A stretch of 64,000 bases of DNA from Octopus vulgaris (lineage: Eukaryota), in assembly GCA_951406725.2 (NCBI GenBank), contig OX597823.1, forward strand, positions 49,476,001-49,540,000, read 5' to 3'. The position numbers and the translations under genes were made by a program. Positions 52,042 to 63,490 of this stretch are shown piece after piece (within the stretch, counting starts at the first letter, position 1; the number at the start of each line of letters is the position of its first letter). The notes below the pieces were generated by a model. The model did no database searches and was not told where the DNA came from. It saw only the letters and a list, made by a program, of their open reading frames with translations.

Positions 52042-52053
52042 GTGAGAAGTAAC

Positions 52054-52747
52054 CAGTGTCGGCTGGTAGATAAAATTAGTGGGGGTGCTGCTTCAGAAAA
52101 TTTTTAGCCGTTGTTTTAATATTGTGTAAAAGGAAACAAACATATAAAGAGAATATACATAAACTTGATCGGTTCACATTTTAGCCACTGCCAGGTAGTG
52201 TGTTTCATTTGTCCACTGAACACTGCCACGAATTCCCCCTTGTTTTTCAAAACTCCTCTCTAAATCACAAAATAAGGGTGGGAAATCTGCTCTATTTTTC
52301 AAATCCTGGCAGCAGCACTGAAGCTGGAAGCAGGATAATAATCTAATTCTACACTTTATCACATTCAAGAATATAAACATGTTTTTAAGCACCGCACATG
52401 GAGTCAGAAAGAAACACTACCTTTCACTGGCACTGCATGAACAACAGTGCTCTCTCTCCCTGGTGTGAAGCTTCCTATTTCAGACATGTGAGCATGCGCA
52501 CAACAGCCAAACACCACATTGCTGGAACTGTGAAGCACACAGTTCTATACAAGGATTTTTGTATTTTTTTTAATAAACTAGGGGATAGCTACTGACATTA
52601 AGCTTAAGGATTATATCATGTACAAATATACAAATACAAAGAAAGAATTAAAGAAAAAAGGACTCATTATATTAAATGTTATTGATAATATCAAGTTGAA
52701 ATAGGGGGTGCTGAAGTTCTGCAGTGCCTATACACGAGTCGCCACTG
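52054..52747. mobile_element. Non-autonomous hAT-type DNA transposon
   Basis: Imperfect TIRs CAGTGTCGGCTGGT and (reverse complement) CAGTGGCGACTCGT; 8-bp TSD gaagtaac (52046-53) and gaattaac (52748-55); subterminal gggggtgctg near both ends. Confidence 0.8.
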
Positions 52748-53499
52748 GAATTAACTGTTATCTCAAGCATGTTGGATTACCATATAGAGATTCCTTTGCT
52801 TTGGAGAGGTGTTAGTGTTAGAGTGGATCGAGTTGCATTACTGGTGCTTATTAATCCCTTGGAGACGGATTTAGTACTGACAGTCTGTACTGTGTGCCAG
52901 TATTAGGCCATTCAGTAACTAGTAAGAAGTGATGAAAGTAAATTTTTAATTATATCCAGTTCAAAAGAGAGTAAGTAACTACATAATTTTTCATACAAGG
53001 AATTTCACATTGTATTTACAGATTATTCTCAGTGTGGTATATTTGAAAACACCGTGCCACACAGAGTGACATTACATCACTCACACACACAGTGTTTCGA
53101 TGCGGTCAGTATTGATTTCTGTCTGCAATGGGTTAAGTCAACTTCTGAACAATGATAAGTAAAGTGAACTCCTGTAAGGATTTGAACTTGAAGCATAAAA
53201 TAAAATAATAATGTTGGTTCCTAAACATGATACAAGGACACTGATCTGGGGGATCAGAACATGATCTATTTATTTGATCCCCTACAATGTGACCCTGCCA
53301 TTTCTTTACCCCCAAGTATGACCTAGCCAAGACTGTAAAGGAATGTAACTAAATATCATAAAGTGTTTATTCCATTATTCTACCAATTTTGACACCTGCA
53401 AACCTCAATAAGATACTCCTCTTCCTCCTCCTCCTACTACTACTACCACCACTACTACCACTACTACTACTACTAATAATAATAATAATAATAATAGTA

Positions 53500-54410
53500 A
53501 TCATTTCTACTAAAGGCTCAAGACCTGAAATTTTTGAGGAGGGGCTTACATCAACCCCAGTGTTTCACAGGTACTTATTTTTTTCAACTCTATGGGTGAA
53601 AGGCAGAGTTGACCTTGGCGGAATTTGAACTCAGAATGTAAAGATGGACGAAATGCCATTAAATATTTTGCCTAGTGTGCTAATGATTCTGCCAACTTTC
53701 AGCAGGCACAAAGTCAGCAATTTCAGGGAGGGAGATGATTACAAAACCCCCAGTACTTGACTGGTACGTTATTTCATCAGAGTCAAAAGGCTGGAAAGCA
53801 ATGCTGACATCACCAGGATTTGAACCTGAAGATGTAACTAAGCATTTTGTTCAGCACACTAACAATTCTGCCAGCTCACCACCTGAATAATAATAACAAT
53901 AATAATTGTGGAACTCTCCCATTGAAGGCATATGAGCATTCAGCTTTTGCCAAATGACCTGCTCAGATGATTTGTTTATAGTGATTAAATGTTTGTGCCA
54001 CATATTATCTCACTCTCTACATCAAATCAATGTCATCTGAACAGGTGTACTGTGTATCATGCGTCAGGTATTGAAGTGACCACAGAGCAACATGAAATGA
54101 AGTGTTTTGCTCAAGAACACAACACACCACCCAGTCTAGGAATTGAAATCATGTTCACTTGATCATGAGTGCAATGCCCTAACCACTTACCTATGCACCC
54201 TCAATAATAATAATTATAATTTTGGCACAAAGCCAGCAATCTTAGGGATGGAGATAGTTGATTACATTCCCCCTAGTACTTGATTGTTACCTTATTTCAT
54301 CAAAGCCAAAAGGATGGAAAGCAAAGTTGACCTCAGCAGGATTTGAACCTGAAGATGTGACTGAGCATTTTGTCCAGTACACTAACAATTCTGCCCACTC
54401 ACCACCTGAA
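53500..54410 (-). mobile_element. Cluster of three minus SINE B copies and one SINE E fragment (~54010-54200)
   Basis: Family diagnostic motifs; (AAT)n spacers. Confidence 0.8.
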
Positions 54411-54427
54411 TAATAATAATAATACTG

Positions 54428-54458
<31 letters not shown>

Positions 54459-55639
54459 TATTGTGTTAGGGAGTTTGTCCGCAGTTCTTTACGCTTTCAT
54501 GTCAGGTATTGTATTTAACTTTTCCAAGCGAGTTTTATTATTAATTTGTGTGTGTGCATGCACATCATCTCTTCATTTTTATACTCTCTCTCTCTTTTCT
54601 TAACCCTTTGTTGATATATTTTCCAATTTACTATGTTTGTTCCTAACAGAACAGTGTCCATTTTTTACATGTTTTATCAGCTCAACAATAACCTAGATGT
54701 TCATAAGAAAGTGTATAATTACCTGCTATTCAGTTGCAAATGTTGCGTAAGGTGACTGTTATGAAATCTATTGTGGCTGGTTTACCTTAGTGCCCTATTG
54801 CCACTGCCAAGCAGTGCTTCTCTTTCTTTCGCAAACTCGAGTCTATAGAAATGATTTTTATCTTTCTCACAACGCATTCATTCAATTATCATGTTTGGGA
54901 AAAGAAGGTATTCCCTAAGTTTTTAGTGTTAGTTACCAGTGAAGCAAAAAGTGTTATTAAAAGGAGTGAATGATGACATTAGCTCTATTTATCCATTTCA
55001 CGATGGTAATACTTCTCTGGGTTTTTTTCTCTCTCTCTCTCCCCCTACTACTACTACTACCACTGTGAAAGTATTAGAGCTATTCTTCTTCATTGATGCT
55101 TTCAGTTTAGCATATCTCATTCTTTTTTCTTTCCTTTTATTTTTCACCATTTGGAACATTTTATATGGATGTTGGGTTCCAAATATATTTTCTCTTTTCC
55201 CATTATTAGATTTTATCTTTCATCCATATCATCTTATGATTCATTATAGTTGTTACCTTAGATGTACATACACATTGTTATTTCGTGCAACTATTCTAAA
55301 TATTCAAAGCTGTAAGCGCAATTTTTCTGGGAGCAATGTCCGACTAAATGTTAATAACCTTTCACAGCTGGTGCAGTAGTTCTTGCCATGTCTCTTCTCT
55401 TCCCAATACACTCATACATCCAGCAATGTTGTTTTGTACATTCTTATGAGCAGCATTTCCCAAACTATGTTTGTTATAGGACACTTATATGATCTTCCAA
55501 AGGTTGTAGGACTCATATCTTTGTTCTCTGTAATGGTTTGCAGTGGGCTTGCACATAAATTTGCTTGTGTGCAAATTTTGTCTTGCTTTGCAAAGTATAT
55601 GTACATCCATGAAAGTAACCATCTCTTAAATTTGTTCAA

Positions 55640-55861
55640 TTAACCCTTTAGTATTCAGATTCCTGTCAAATGTGATGCTTATTCATTGCTGTGGAATTAG
55701 TTATGCATTATCTTATAACTTCAAGATTTCAATAATGAGATTGCTTACTTTTAGAATGACATTGTAGGGTAGGTGTGAGATGCTAGATCTAGTCAGTATA
55801 GAACATAAAACAGGTAGAATATTTTGTTGGATAAGGCTGGTTTAAATGCTAAGAGTTTTAA
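55640..55861 (+). mobile_element. P1 MITE
   Basis: TTAAccctttagtattcag...tttaaatgctaagagtttTAA. Confidence 0.8.
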
Positions 55862-56099
55862 AAAAATCCGATTTCATCTTAAACTTTGTGTGTGCACACA
55901 TTTCCTTTTTCTTCCCTAGTTGTAAAACATGCATGCACACTAGCACACAGTTTAGAGGGAACACTGCCTATAACTATATTTTACAGACAGCTCCTAACGC
56001 CTTAATTGTGATAAGATGCTAAATGAAATGTTATTTTAGGGAGAGAATTTATTCATATAAAGGAAAAGTGCAGAATTTACCCACTCCCTTTACATCTCC

Positions 56100-56700
56100 A
56101 ACTTGAAGCACTCTTCTGATGAATGAGACCTCAGCATTATTGTCAACAATGATCTGTGTTGGATGAACCATATTTCTATAATCATCAGAAAATCACATCT
56201 TAGCATCATTGTGTATGGCCCTTGTCAGCTGCTCACTGGCTATCTAGTTAAAGCTATATCAGACTATGGTATGTCCATACAGTTTGCATCTCAAGTCTGG
56301 AACATCCATCTTATCCAGAATATCAGTCTGCTGGAAGCTGTCTAGACACATGCTGCCAGACAAATACCCTTAATCAAACACCATATCTTGAATAACTTGC
56401 TTCTCTTGGCTTTGTTACCCTAAAGTTTCCACACCTACTAACAGACATTGTAGAATCCCAAAAGATTATTCCCAAAAGTTGTCTTCCCAATGACAACTTT
56501 TGCTATCTTTTTTTAATGCTACCACCCATTCAAAATAAAATAAAATAAAAAAGCACAGCATTTGTGACTTTCAAAACTATTTTTTCACAAAACTGTTGAA
56601 GCATGGAATAAATCACCTGCATCTGTTGTTAGCTGTCAGGACACAACATTCTTCAAAAATTCCATGCCTCCCAAAATTTACCAACACTTCTCTTTAAATG
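56100..56700 (+). mobile_element. Decayed CR1-like LINE 3' remnant
   Basis: DLSIIVNNDLCWMNHIS, QFASQVWNIHLIQNISLLEAV*, WNKSPASVVSCQDTTFFK: typical motifs C-terminal to the CR1 RT. Confidence 0.75.
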
Positions 56701-57789
56701 TGTATGTGCAGCTTTTCTTCTTTACGACCTTTCTCATCTCCACTTCTATCTTTTCATATTTTATTCTGTGTACTATGCATGCACATTTGTTATCCTTGTT
56801 GTCAGTCCTTACTTGTCTTATTGCTGCTTTCTGTACCCTCTTTCTTCTTTTCTAGTGTCTTGTAGTACATATGAACATTGTACGCAATAAACTCATTAAT
56901 ATTATAAAAACATTACTTTGACATTGTGAATACCATTTTCTTTTTGTTATATAATATAATTTTTTATTAGATTTTATTAAAAGATGCTCATCTTGTGGAA
57001 CCCCAGATCTTTTGATACACCATTGGCTTCTGGGAAAGAAATACTGAACTAGAGTATATACTTCTGTTTGCAACTATCTTTGTGTGTACAACTGAACTGG
57101 AGGCGTGATATATTTATAGATATATCTAAGTAATTGTATGTCTATAGGTGCTGGATTCCTCTTCATATGTCCTACTCTTTTCAACTACAGACTCAGGATG
57201 GATAAGGTAGTGGACCACCTTGCAACTTCAAATCCTCTGCAATCATTTTGTAGTGTTTGTGTGCAGAGCACTTCATTCTACATTACCTTGGTCTGCTTAG
57301 TGGATGAGGTACTAAGTATTGGCTCACCTGAGAATGTTACTTATAACATGCCAAAAGTAATTTACTCTTATCTCCTTAATACTCTGATTCTAGAGCTAAG
57401 CACTAGACTTTTAAACTCTTTATCAACAGGTGTAGTTATATAAAGCAGGTTATATTATTAAGCAGTTGCGCTTTATTTACCTGAATATTTTGGTAATTCA
57501 GTTTGTGTTGGTTATCGATTTCTTTGTTACATAATGCATACTTTCATTCATACATACATATATGTATGTATAAATATGAAGTGAAATTAAAACAAGAAAG
57601 AACACCTATATGTAATCTAGTTTCAGTTTTCCTATGGCTGCATATCTATCCACCTACCCTTCATTATGCTGATTTCAAATTTTGGCACAATTTTGAGGGA
57701 GGAGTTAAGTTGATTAGCATATGGAAACTAGTATTAAGGAAGGATAGGAAAATATTATAAACCCTAAAATTCACTCCATAATTGCCCTC

Positions 57790-58070
57790 GGGCATATGGC
57801 GTAGTGGTTAAGAACGTGGGCTACGAACCCCAAGATTCTGAGTTTGATTCCAGGCAGTGACCTGAATAATAATAATAATAATAATAATAACAACAACATC
57901 GAAAAATAGCTTAGGAATGAGAACCCAGGTTCGAAATTTCCCCAAGACACCTGATGAAGGCTGGAGGGTATATCAGCCGAAACATTGTATTATCAACAAA
58001 CAAGATGAGGACAAATATCCGTCAAATGTAAATAATGTACATAATTCCTCATCTCTCAAATATAGAACTG
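57790..58070 (+). mobile_element. tRNA-headed SINE-like element with a Penelope-type hammerhead motif
   Basis: A box tggcgtagtgg (57797-807), B box gtttgattcc (57842-51), (AAT)n spacer, then the HHR motif at 57946-57991. The 3' end is approximate. Confidence 0.7.
57946..57991 (+). ncRNA. Minimal type I hammerhead ribozyme motif, probably decayed
   Basis: gacac-CTGATGA-a-ggctg(gagggtatat)cagcc-GAAA-c-ATT-gtatt; stem II is perfect and stem I pairs 4 of 5. Confidence 0.7.
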
Positions 58071-58580
58071 AATTCATTCTTATTTGGATTTTTCTGGAAG
58101 CTCATTCTATACAATGCACATTTTTTTGAGAAGAATTTTTCAATGGTTATTGCTACCGATCCCCTCTCCACCCCGACTATTTTCAGGTTCAGAAACAGAA
58201 AAGATCTTAACAATATTTGGACTTAGAACATATTAATTCAGGGATTTATTTGTGTCTGATTGTATCTTCTATACTGCCTTCATTTCTTTTGTTTAAGTCT
58301 ATAGGTGTATGTATGTGTAAAGTTATTTATTTATACATAGAACCATAGAACAGATAAAATTCTTTTAAAGGCTGTTATAAATGTTTGTTTTACTCATTAA
58401 ATATTTATATTATTGGAATTATAAACAAGACCTTTATACAACCACTCAATACATCATGTCTTTTGAATACTTATAAGAATAGGCAAGCTGAGCTTAGCTA
58501 AAAAATGGGGTTGTTGGGGTGGTGTCACCAATGTTATTTTTTTGTAGTTAGTTATTCCACCCATGCACTGCACACACACA

Positions 58581-58621
<41 letters not shown>

Positions 58622-59130
58622 CCTAATTTTATCTCCTAAAACCTGATATCAGTTTCTTCCTTTTAGAATGATTAGACTTATGCAACATTTTATATCAAAT
58701 TTAAAAGACATTTTAGCAAGGAAAAAGAATTAGAAATCAGTGTATCTCGGCAAATCATCTCTTCATAGTTTTCAGTATCAGCACTTCTATTTTGGATAAG
58801 AATACATTTGCTATCTGCCTCACCCACACTCTCTTCTTCCTCATCCTTTCTTTCTATCTTACCTGTCTCAAGTCAGTCAAATCAATCTTCGTCAAATGAG
58901 CCTTGGTTTTTCCTCAATATATTTCTGATTTTGTCATCGTTAATATCCTATCACATTTGTTCTCCTGAGTGTTATTATTATTCAGTTTTTACTTACTAGT
59001 ATGTATGTTTATATGTATATATATATATATATAGTTGAAATTTATAGAAAAACAAAAGATGAAGACATGTATATGAAGTGTATGAACAATAAGCAAGTGT
59101 ATTAGTTTGATGCTTGGGAAAAATGAAAAA

Positions 59131-59170
59131 GTCTTTTACATTTCAAACCTACGCTCTTCAACAGAAAAGA
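59131..59170 (-). ncRNA. Decayed minimal hammerhead-like motif within a Penelope-type repeat (~59035-59190)
   Basis: Reverse complement: tctttt-CTGTTGA-a-gagc(gtag)gttt-GAAA-t-GTA-aaaga; stem I tcttt/aaaga; stem II retained through G-U pairs; core A6 changed to U. Confidence 0.5.
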
Positions 59171-60114
59171 AGAGAAATTAAACACAGAGAGATAGAGTGT
59201 GTACACACACACACACAGTTGACTGTCTGCCTCTAGCTGACCTAACAGAAGTACCTTTAAAATAGGTTAGAGAAGATATTAATGTGCAAGCAGTTAAGAA
59301 GACAGAGACCTTGAAGGCTCTTCAGGTCAAGTTGAAGTCGTTCTAGAATCTAACAGCATGAAGAGTTGATAAGAATGTAAATCACAGTATTATGTAATCA
59401 TGCTGTTGGAGAGAGGGAGGTGGGCATGGATATATCTGCCTTTTCCTTCACTTCCCTTATCAACAAATGCATGAGTATGGCTGCTAATATTATAAGATTG
59501 TAGTTTATGTTTTTTCTAACATAGAAGTCCTTGATTACTTCATGTTTGTTTCAGTGTGAAATAATAGCTATATCTATTCACTTCTCATTGGTTTGTTTTG
59601 AAAATTCTGAAGACAAAAGGGCAATCAGATTCTGATGATTGAGGTTTCTTGTTGCTGTTGCTATTATATAGCCCCAGCTAAGCTTAAGATCCAAGATGTT
59701 TCAGGTTGTGACAACCCTGTTATTTTTCTTTTACACATAATGTACCTTGGACATCATTATCAACTGTGTTCTTTTTTTTTTAAAAAGGGCAAAATGTAAG
59801 TGAGATTTTGCTTCTATTTCTAGCACATAGAGTGACTACGTAGTGGTTTTCACATTAACTAGAGCATCATAGTTGAGAATTTACCGCACACCTATTGCTT
59901 TGTAAAAAAACAATGGTTTCATGGATTCTAATGGCTAACAAAATAGTTTTTTTGTGCGGTCCTTTAAGGTTAAATTTATGGTGGAGGTGCTTAAAACGTA
60001 ATATAATTCAATCATTGATAAATTTGGGGTTTGTTTTGTATCTTAAACCTGGATTCCTATTCAGCCTTCTGAATTTCATCAAAAGTATTTTCCAGCATCA
60101 GCAGTTAGAACTGG

Positions 60115-60503
60115 GTACCCATAAGAGCAGTGGTTCTCAGACTGACAAGAACCAGTCCTAACCACACACTACAAAGGTATTGGTGAAAATTTTGGGGGCC
60201 CACTTTCACCTTTATTAATGAGAAAATAGAATAGAATTTGCATCCATAAAATATTTCTGTGTATGCCAAGGTATTAGATATGTGTAAAAGTTTAAACCCA
60301 TTGAGTACCCATAAGAGCAGTGGTTTTCAGACTGTCAAGAACCAGTTCTAAACACACCACAAAGCCACTTGCACCACAACAAAGGTACTTGCAAACTTTT
60401 GGTGGGGTCACCTTCACCCTTTTTATTAAGAAAACAATAGAATTTGCATCCACTAATTTTTTCTGTTTGCAAAGGTTTGGGACATGTGTAAAAGTTAAAA
60501 CCC
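60115..60503 (+). repeat. Tandem duplication (~190 bp) of a hAT-like MITE plus upstream flank
   Basis: gtacccataagagCAGTGGTT(c/t)TCAgactg...gtgtaaaagtt(t/a)aaaccca occurs twice. Confidence 0.8.
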
Positions 60504-60515
60504 ATTTTAATTTTA

Positions 60516-60761
60516 TTAACACTTTTTTGCTATGAAAATCAGATATATCCATTCAAAATTTCATTACCCTGAACTGCAGAAAGCAGTTCTGTATTGCCAA
60601 TGTCTTTTGTTGAAAAATCTTGAGTTTGAAACTATTTTCCTGTTGAAGTATGTCAAGTTTGAGGTAACATGACATGCAGAAAATACCAATTCTATTTTTT
60701 GGTAGATATTTAATATTGTTGCTGGATAAAAATACAATTTCATTTTGCAGTTAAAGGTGAA
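60516..60761 (+). mobile_element. P3 MITE
   Basis: caaaatttcattaccct...gcagaaaataccaat...agttaaagg; matches 17159-17413. Confidence 0.75.
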
Positions 60762-61532
60762 ACATAGCAGTTTGACTACTACCTTTACAATTCTCACAGG
60801 CTTCACCTATGAGAAACACTGCTTTTAGGAATTCTGTTTTTAGTCTATAAGGAGAAATTTTTAAACTTCCTACTGGCTTCTTAAAAACTCAGAAGTTAAC
60901 ATTTGTAAAACTTTCTCAAGCCTTCAGTGGCTTTTGAAAGCCTTTACTTAACTCTAAGGTTCTTGTGTGAGTTAAATCAGAGATGATTAATTCCTCTTTA
61001 TAACTAGTACATCGGTCTATCCCTAACAATATTCCCATGTGAGGTGATATCTATTCACAGCAGCTATGTAAATTTGAACACACCATCTACAATCTGGTTA
61101 TCCAAAACTATATTTGGTTGCTTTGGTTGCTTTGCTTGCTTCTATTTCAGTCAAATGTTTGTATGCCTATATCTCCATATTATTGTAGTGAAATAGCTGA
61201 GTGGACGTAGTAAAAAAAAAAATGTAATGTGTTAATTGATGGTTTTGAATAACATGCATTTATCAATGAACAAAAGAATGAGGCAGTTTACTCAATGTAA
61301 AAAAAAAGACACCCCACTACTTAGACATTAATCTTTGTTAATAAAACATAACAGCAGCAGAATTTATTATGCTGTCTGTTATAATGCTGCTTCAGCACTA
61401 GGTTATATGTATATGAATCATGTCATTGCCCTAATATCACATGATTCCAACTCACTGATGATAGTACTGGCAACTGTAGCATACCCTCTTGTTCTGGATA
61501 TAAATCAGTTTTAATATTGTTTATAGTCTTAA

Positions 61533-61748
61533 GGCGGCAAGCTGACTGAATTTTTTGCATGCTGGGCAAAATGCTTAGTGGTATTTCATCTGTCTTTATG
61601 TTTTTAGTTCAAGTTCCACCGAGGTTGACTTTGCCTGTCATCCTTTCGGGGGTTTGATAAAATATGTACCAGTTGAACACTGGGGATTGATGTAATTGAC
61701 TTACCTCCTCCTCCGAAAATTGCAGGCCTTGTGCCAAAATTTACAACC
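61533..61748 (+). mobile_element. SINE B with a perfect 20-bp TSD, inserted in the loop of an inverted repeat
   Basis: aatattgtttatagtcttaa at 61513-32 and 61749-68; inverted repeat arms at 61482-61508 and 61774-61800. Confidence 0.9.
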
Positions 61749-61820
61749 AATATTGTTTATAGTCTTAAAAAAGCTGATTTATATCCAGAACAAGAAGGTA
61801 CACCAGAGTTGTTTATAGTC

Positions 61821-62250
61821 AAGGTGGTGAGCTGGCAGAATCATTACCTTGCTAGACAAAATGCTTAACTGTATTTCATCTGTCTTCACATCCTGAGTTC
61901 AAATTCCACTGGGGCTGACTTTGCCTCTCATCCCTTCAGACACTGGAGTCGATATAATTGGCTTACCCCATCCCCAAAATCTCCACAAGGCTCCGGCAGG
62001 AGGTGGTGGCAAACCCTGCTGTATTCTTTTACCACATCTTTCTCTCACTCTCTCTTCCTGTTTCTGTTGTACCTGTATTTCAAAGGGCCAGCCTTGTCAC
62101 ACACTGTGTCATGCTGAATCTCCCCGAGAACTACGTTAAGGGTACACATGTCTGTGGAATGCTCAGCTACTTGCACGTTAATTTGACGAGCAGGTTGTTC
62201 TATTGATCGGATCAACTGGAACCCTCATTGTCATAACCGACAGAGTGCTA
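61821..62250 (+). mobile_element. Chimeric SINE: B head joined to an E middle segment and a distinct tail
   Basis: B sequence to ~61980, then ctccacaaggctccggcaggaggtggtggc (reverse complement of 7735-7760), then a tail unlike that of E. Confidence 0.7.
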
Positions 62251-63009
62251 TGATATATGTTGTTGCTGCTGCTGCTGCCGCTGCCAACTCTGTTATGTGG
62301 CTTGTCTTTTACTAACATAGTATTGCCTGAAGGAAGTCTGCTAATACAAAACTTTATTTCTTTGTGGAGTTTAGTGATTACCTTGTTTGTATTCTTCAGG
62401 CCGCTTCAGGATACTTTTGTTTTTTTTTTTGTTTTTCTGTCTTTTTTTGTTTGTTTGTTTTTTTTCTTTTAGAGGTCTTAAAAATTTTATTCCTAACATG
62501 TTGGTGATGTGTTACTTTTGTTCAGCTTTTATCTACTCTGAAAACTGGAATTTCATTGGTGATCACAAAAATAACAGCATGTATTATGTACTTGATAAAA
62601 TTATTAATATGCAGTTATGTCTAATATGCAAACAGATTAATATCAATAAATAGAATGTTTGTATATATTTCCATGATTTTTAAATAAAAATTATACTATC
62701 TTATGATTTATCTACAGGAAATGATTTTTTTATTGAGTCACCATATATATCAAACGAATATATAGATAACATTATTCAGTCTTGTAATATCTGTACTTGA
62801 AAAACAAAAAACATAACAATAAAATATTGACATCTTAATTCTATTTGAAGATCTACATCATATTCAATAATAAATGCCATGGAAATATTATTTCAGTGAA
62901 TTTGATTTAAACTTGTTAAATTTTTAAGAAACATATTAACATTAAAAGCATTTTTTAAAGATCTATAATTTGGTATCAATGAAATTTCTGTGTCACTCAT
63001 CCTTATCAT

Positions 63010-63490
63010 AGTCATCATCATCATCATCATTGGTTTGACATCCAGTTTCCCATGCTTCCATGAGTCAGAGAGGATTCACTGAGGTAGGCTTTCCCCAACC
63101 CTCACCCATTTCCCACTAAAGTAATATTTCTCCATGGCTTGACATGCTTTCATGGAAGAATGGAAATGAATGTCACTGCTTGTGTTATGGTAACACTTGT
63201 TAACAAGTATCATGTGATGCCAAGACAAGGAGACAATCACACATGCACACAGACATGCATATGTGTGTTTGTGCATGTATGAGAGAGAGTGTGTGTGTGT
63301 GTGTGTGTGTATACACATACACACACACACACACAAGAGGCTTTCAGTTTTTCATCTACCAAATCTGTTCGCAAGGCTTTGGTAAACCCTAAACTACAAT
63401 AGTAGTTTTCTTGCCTAATATACCATGCATTGAAGTTGAACCTAAAACCATGTAGTTAGGAAGTAAACTTCTTAACCATACAGCCATGTT
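63010..63490 (-). mobile_element. SINE family D (A head, D body, RTE-type tail)
   Basis: Head at 63338-63490; (CA/TG)n; body homologous to 7265-7400; (cat)n tail. Confidence 0.75.

Noticed and set aside
54939-55643. Hydrophobic 146-aa and 86-aa ORFs
   Set aside because: T-rich low-complexity sequence with non-ATG starts and no recognisable motifs.
57790-57862. Functional tRNA gene
   Set aside because: The B box is degenerate, there is no closing acceptor stem or T-run terminator, and it runs into a repeat body; treated as a SINE head.
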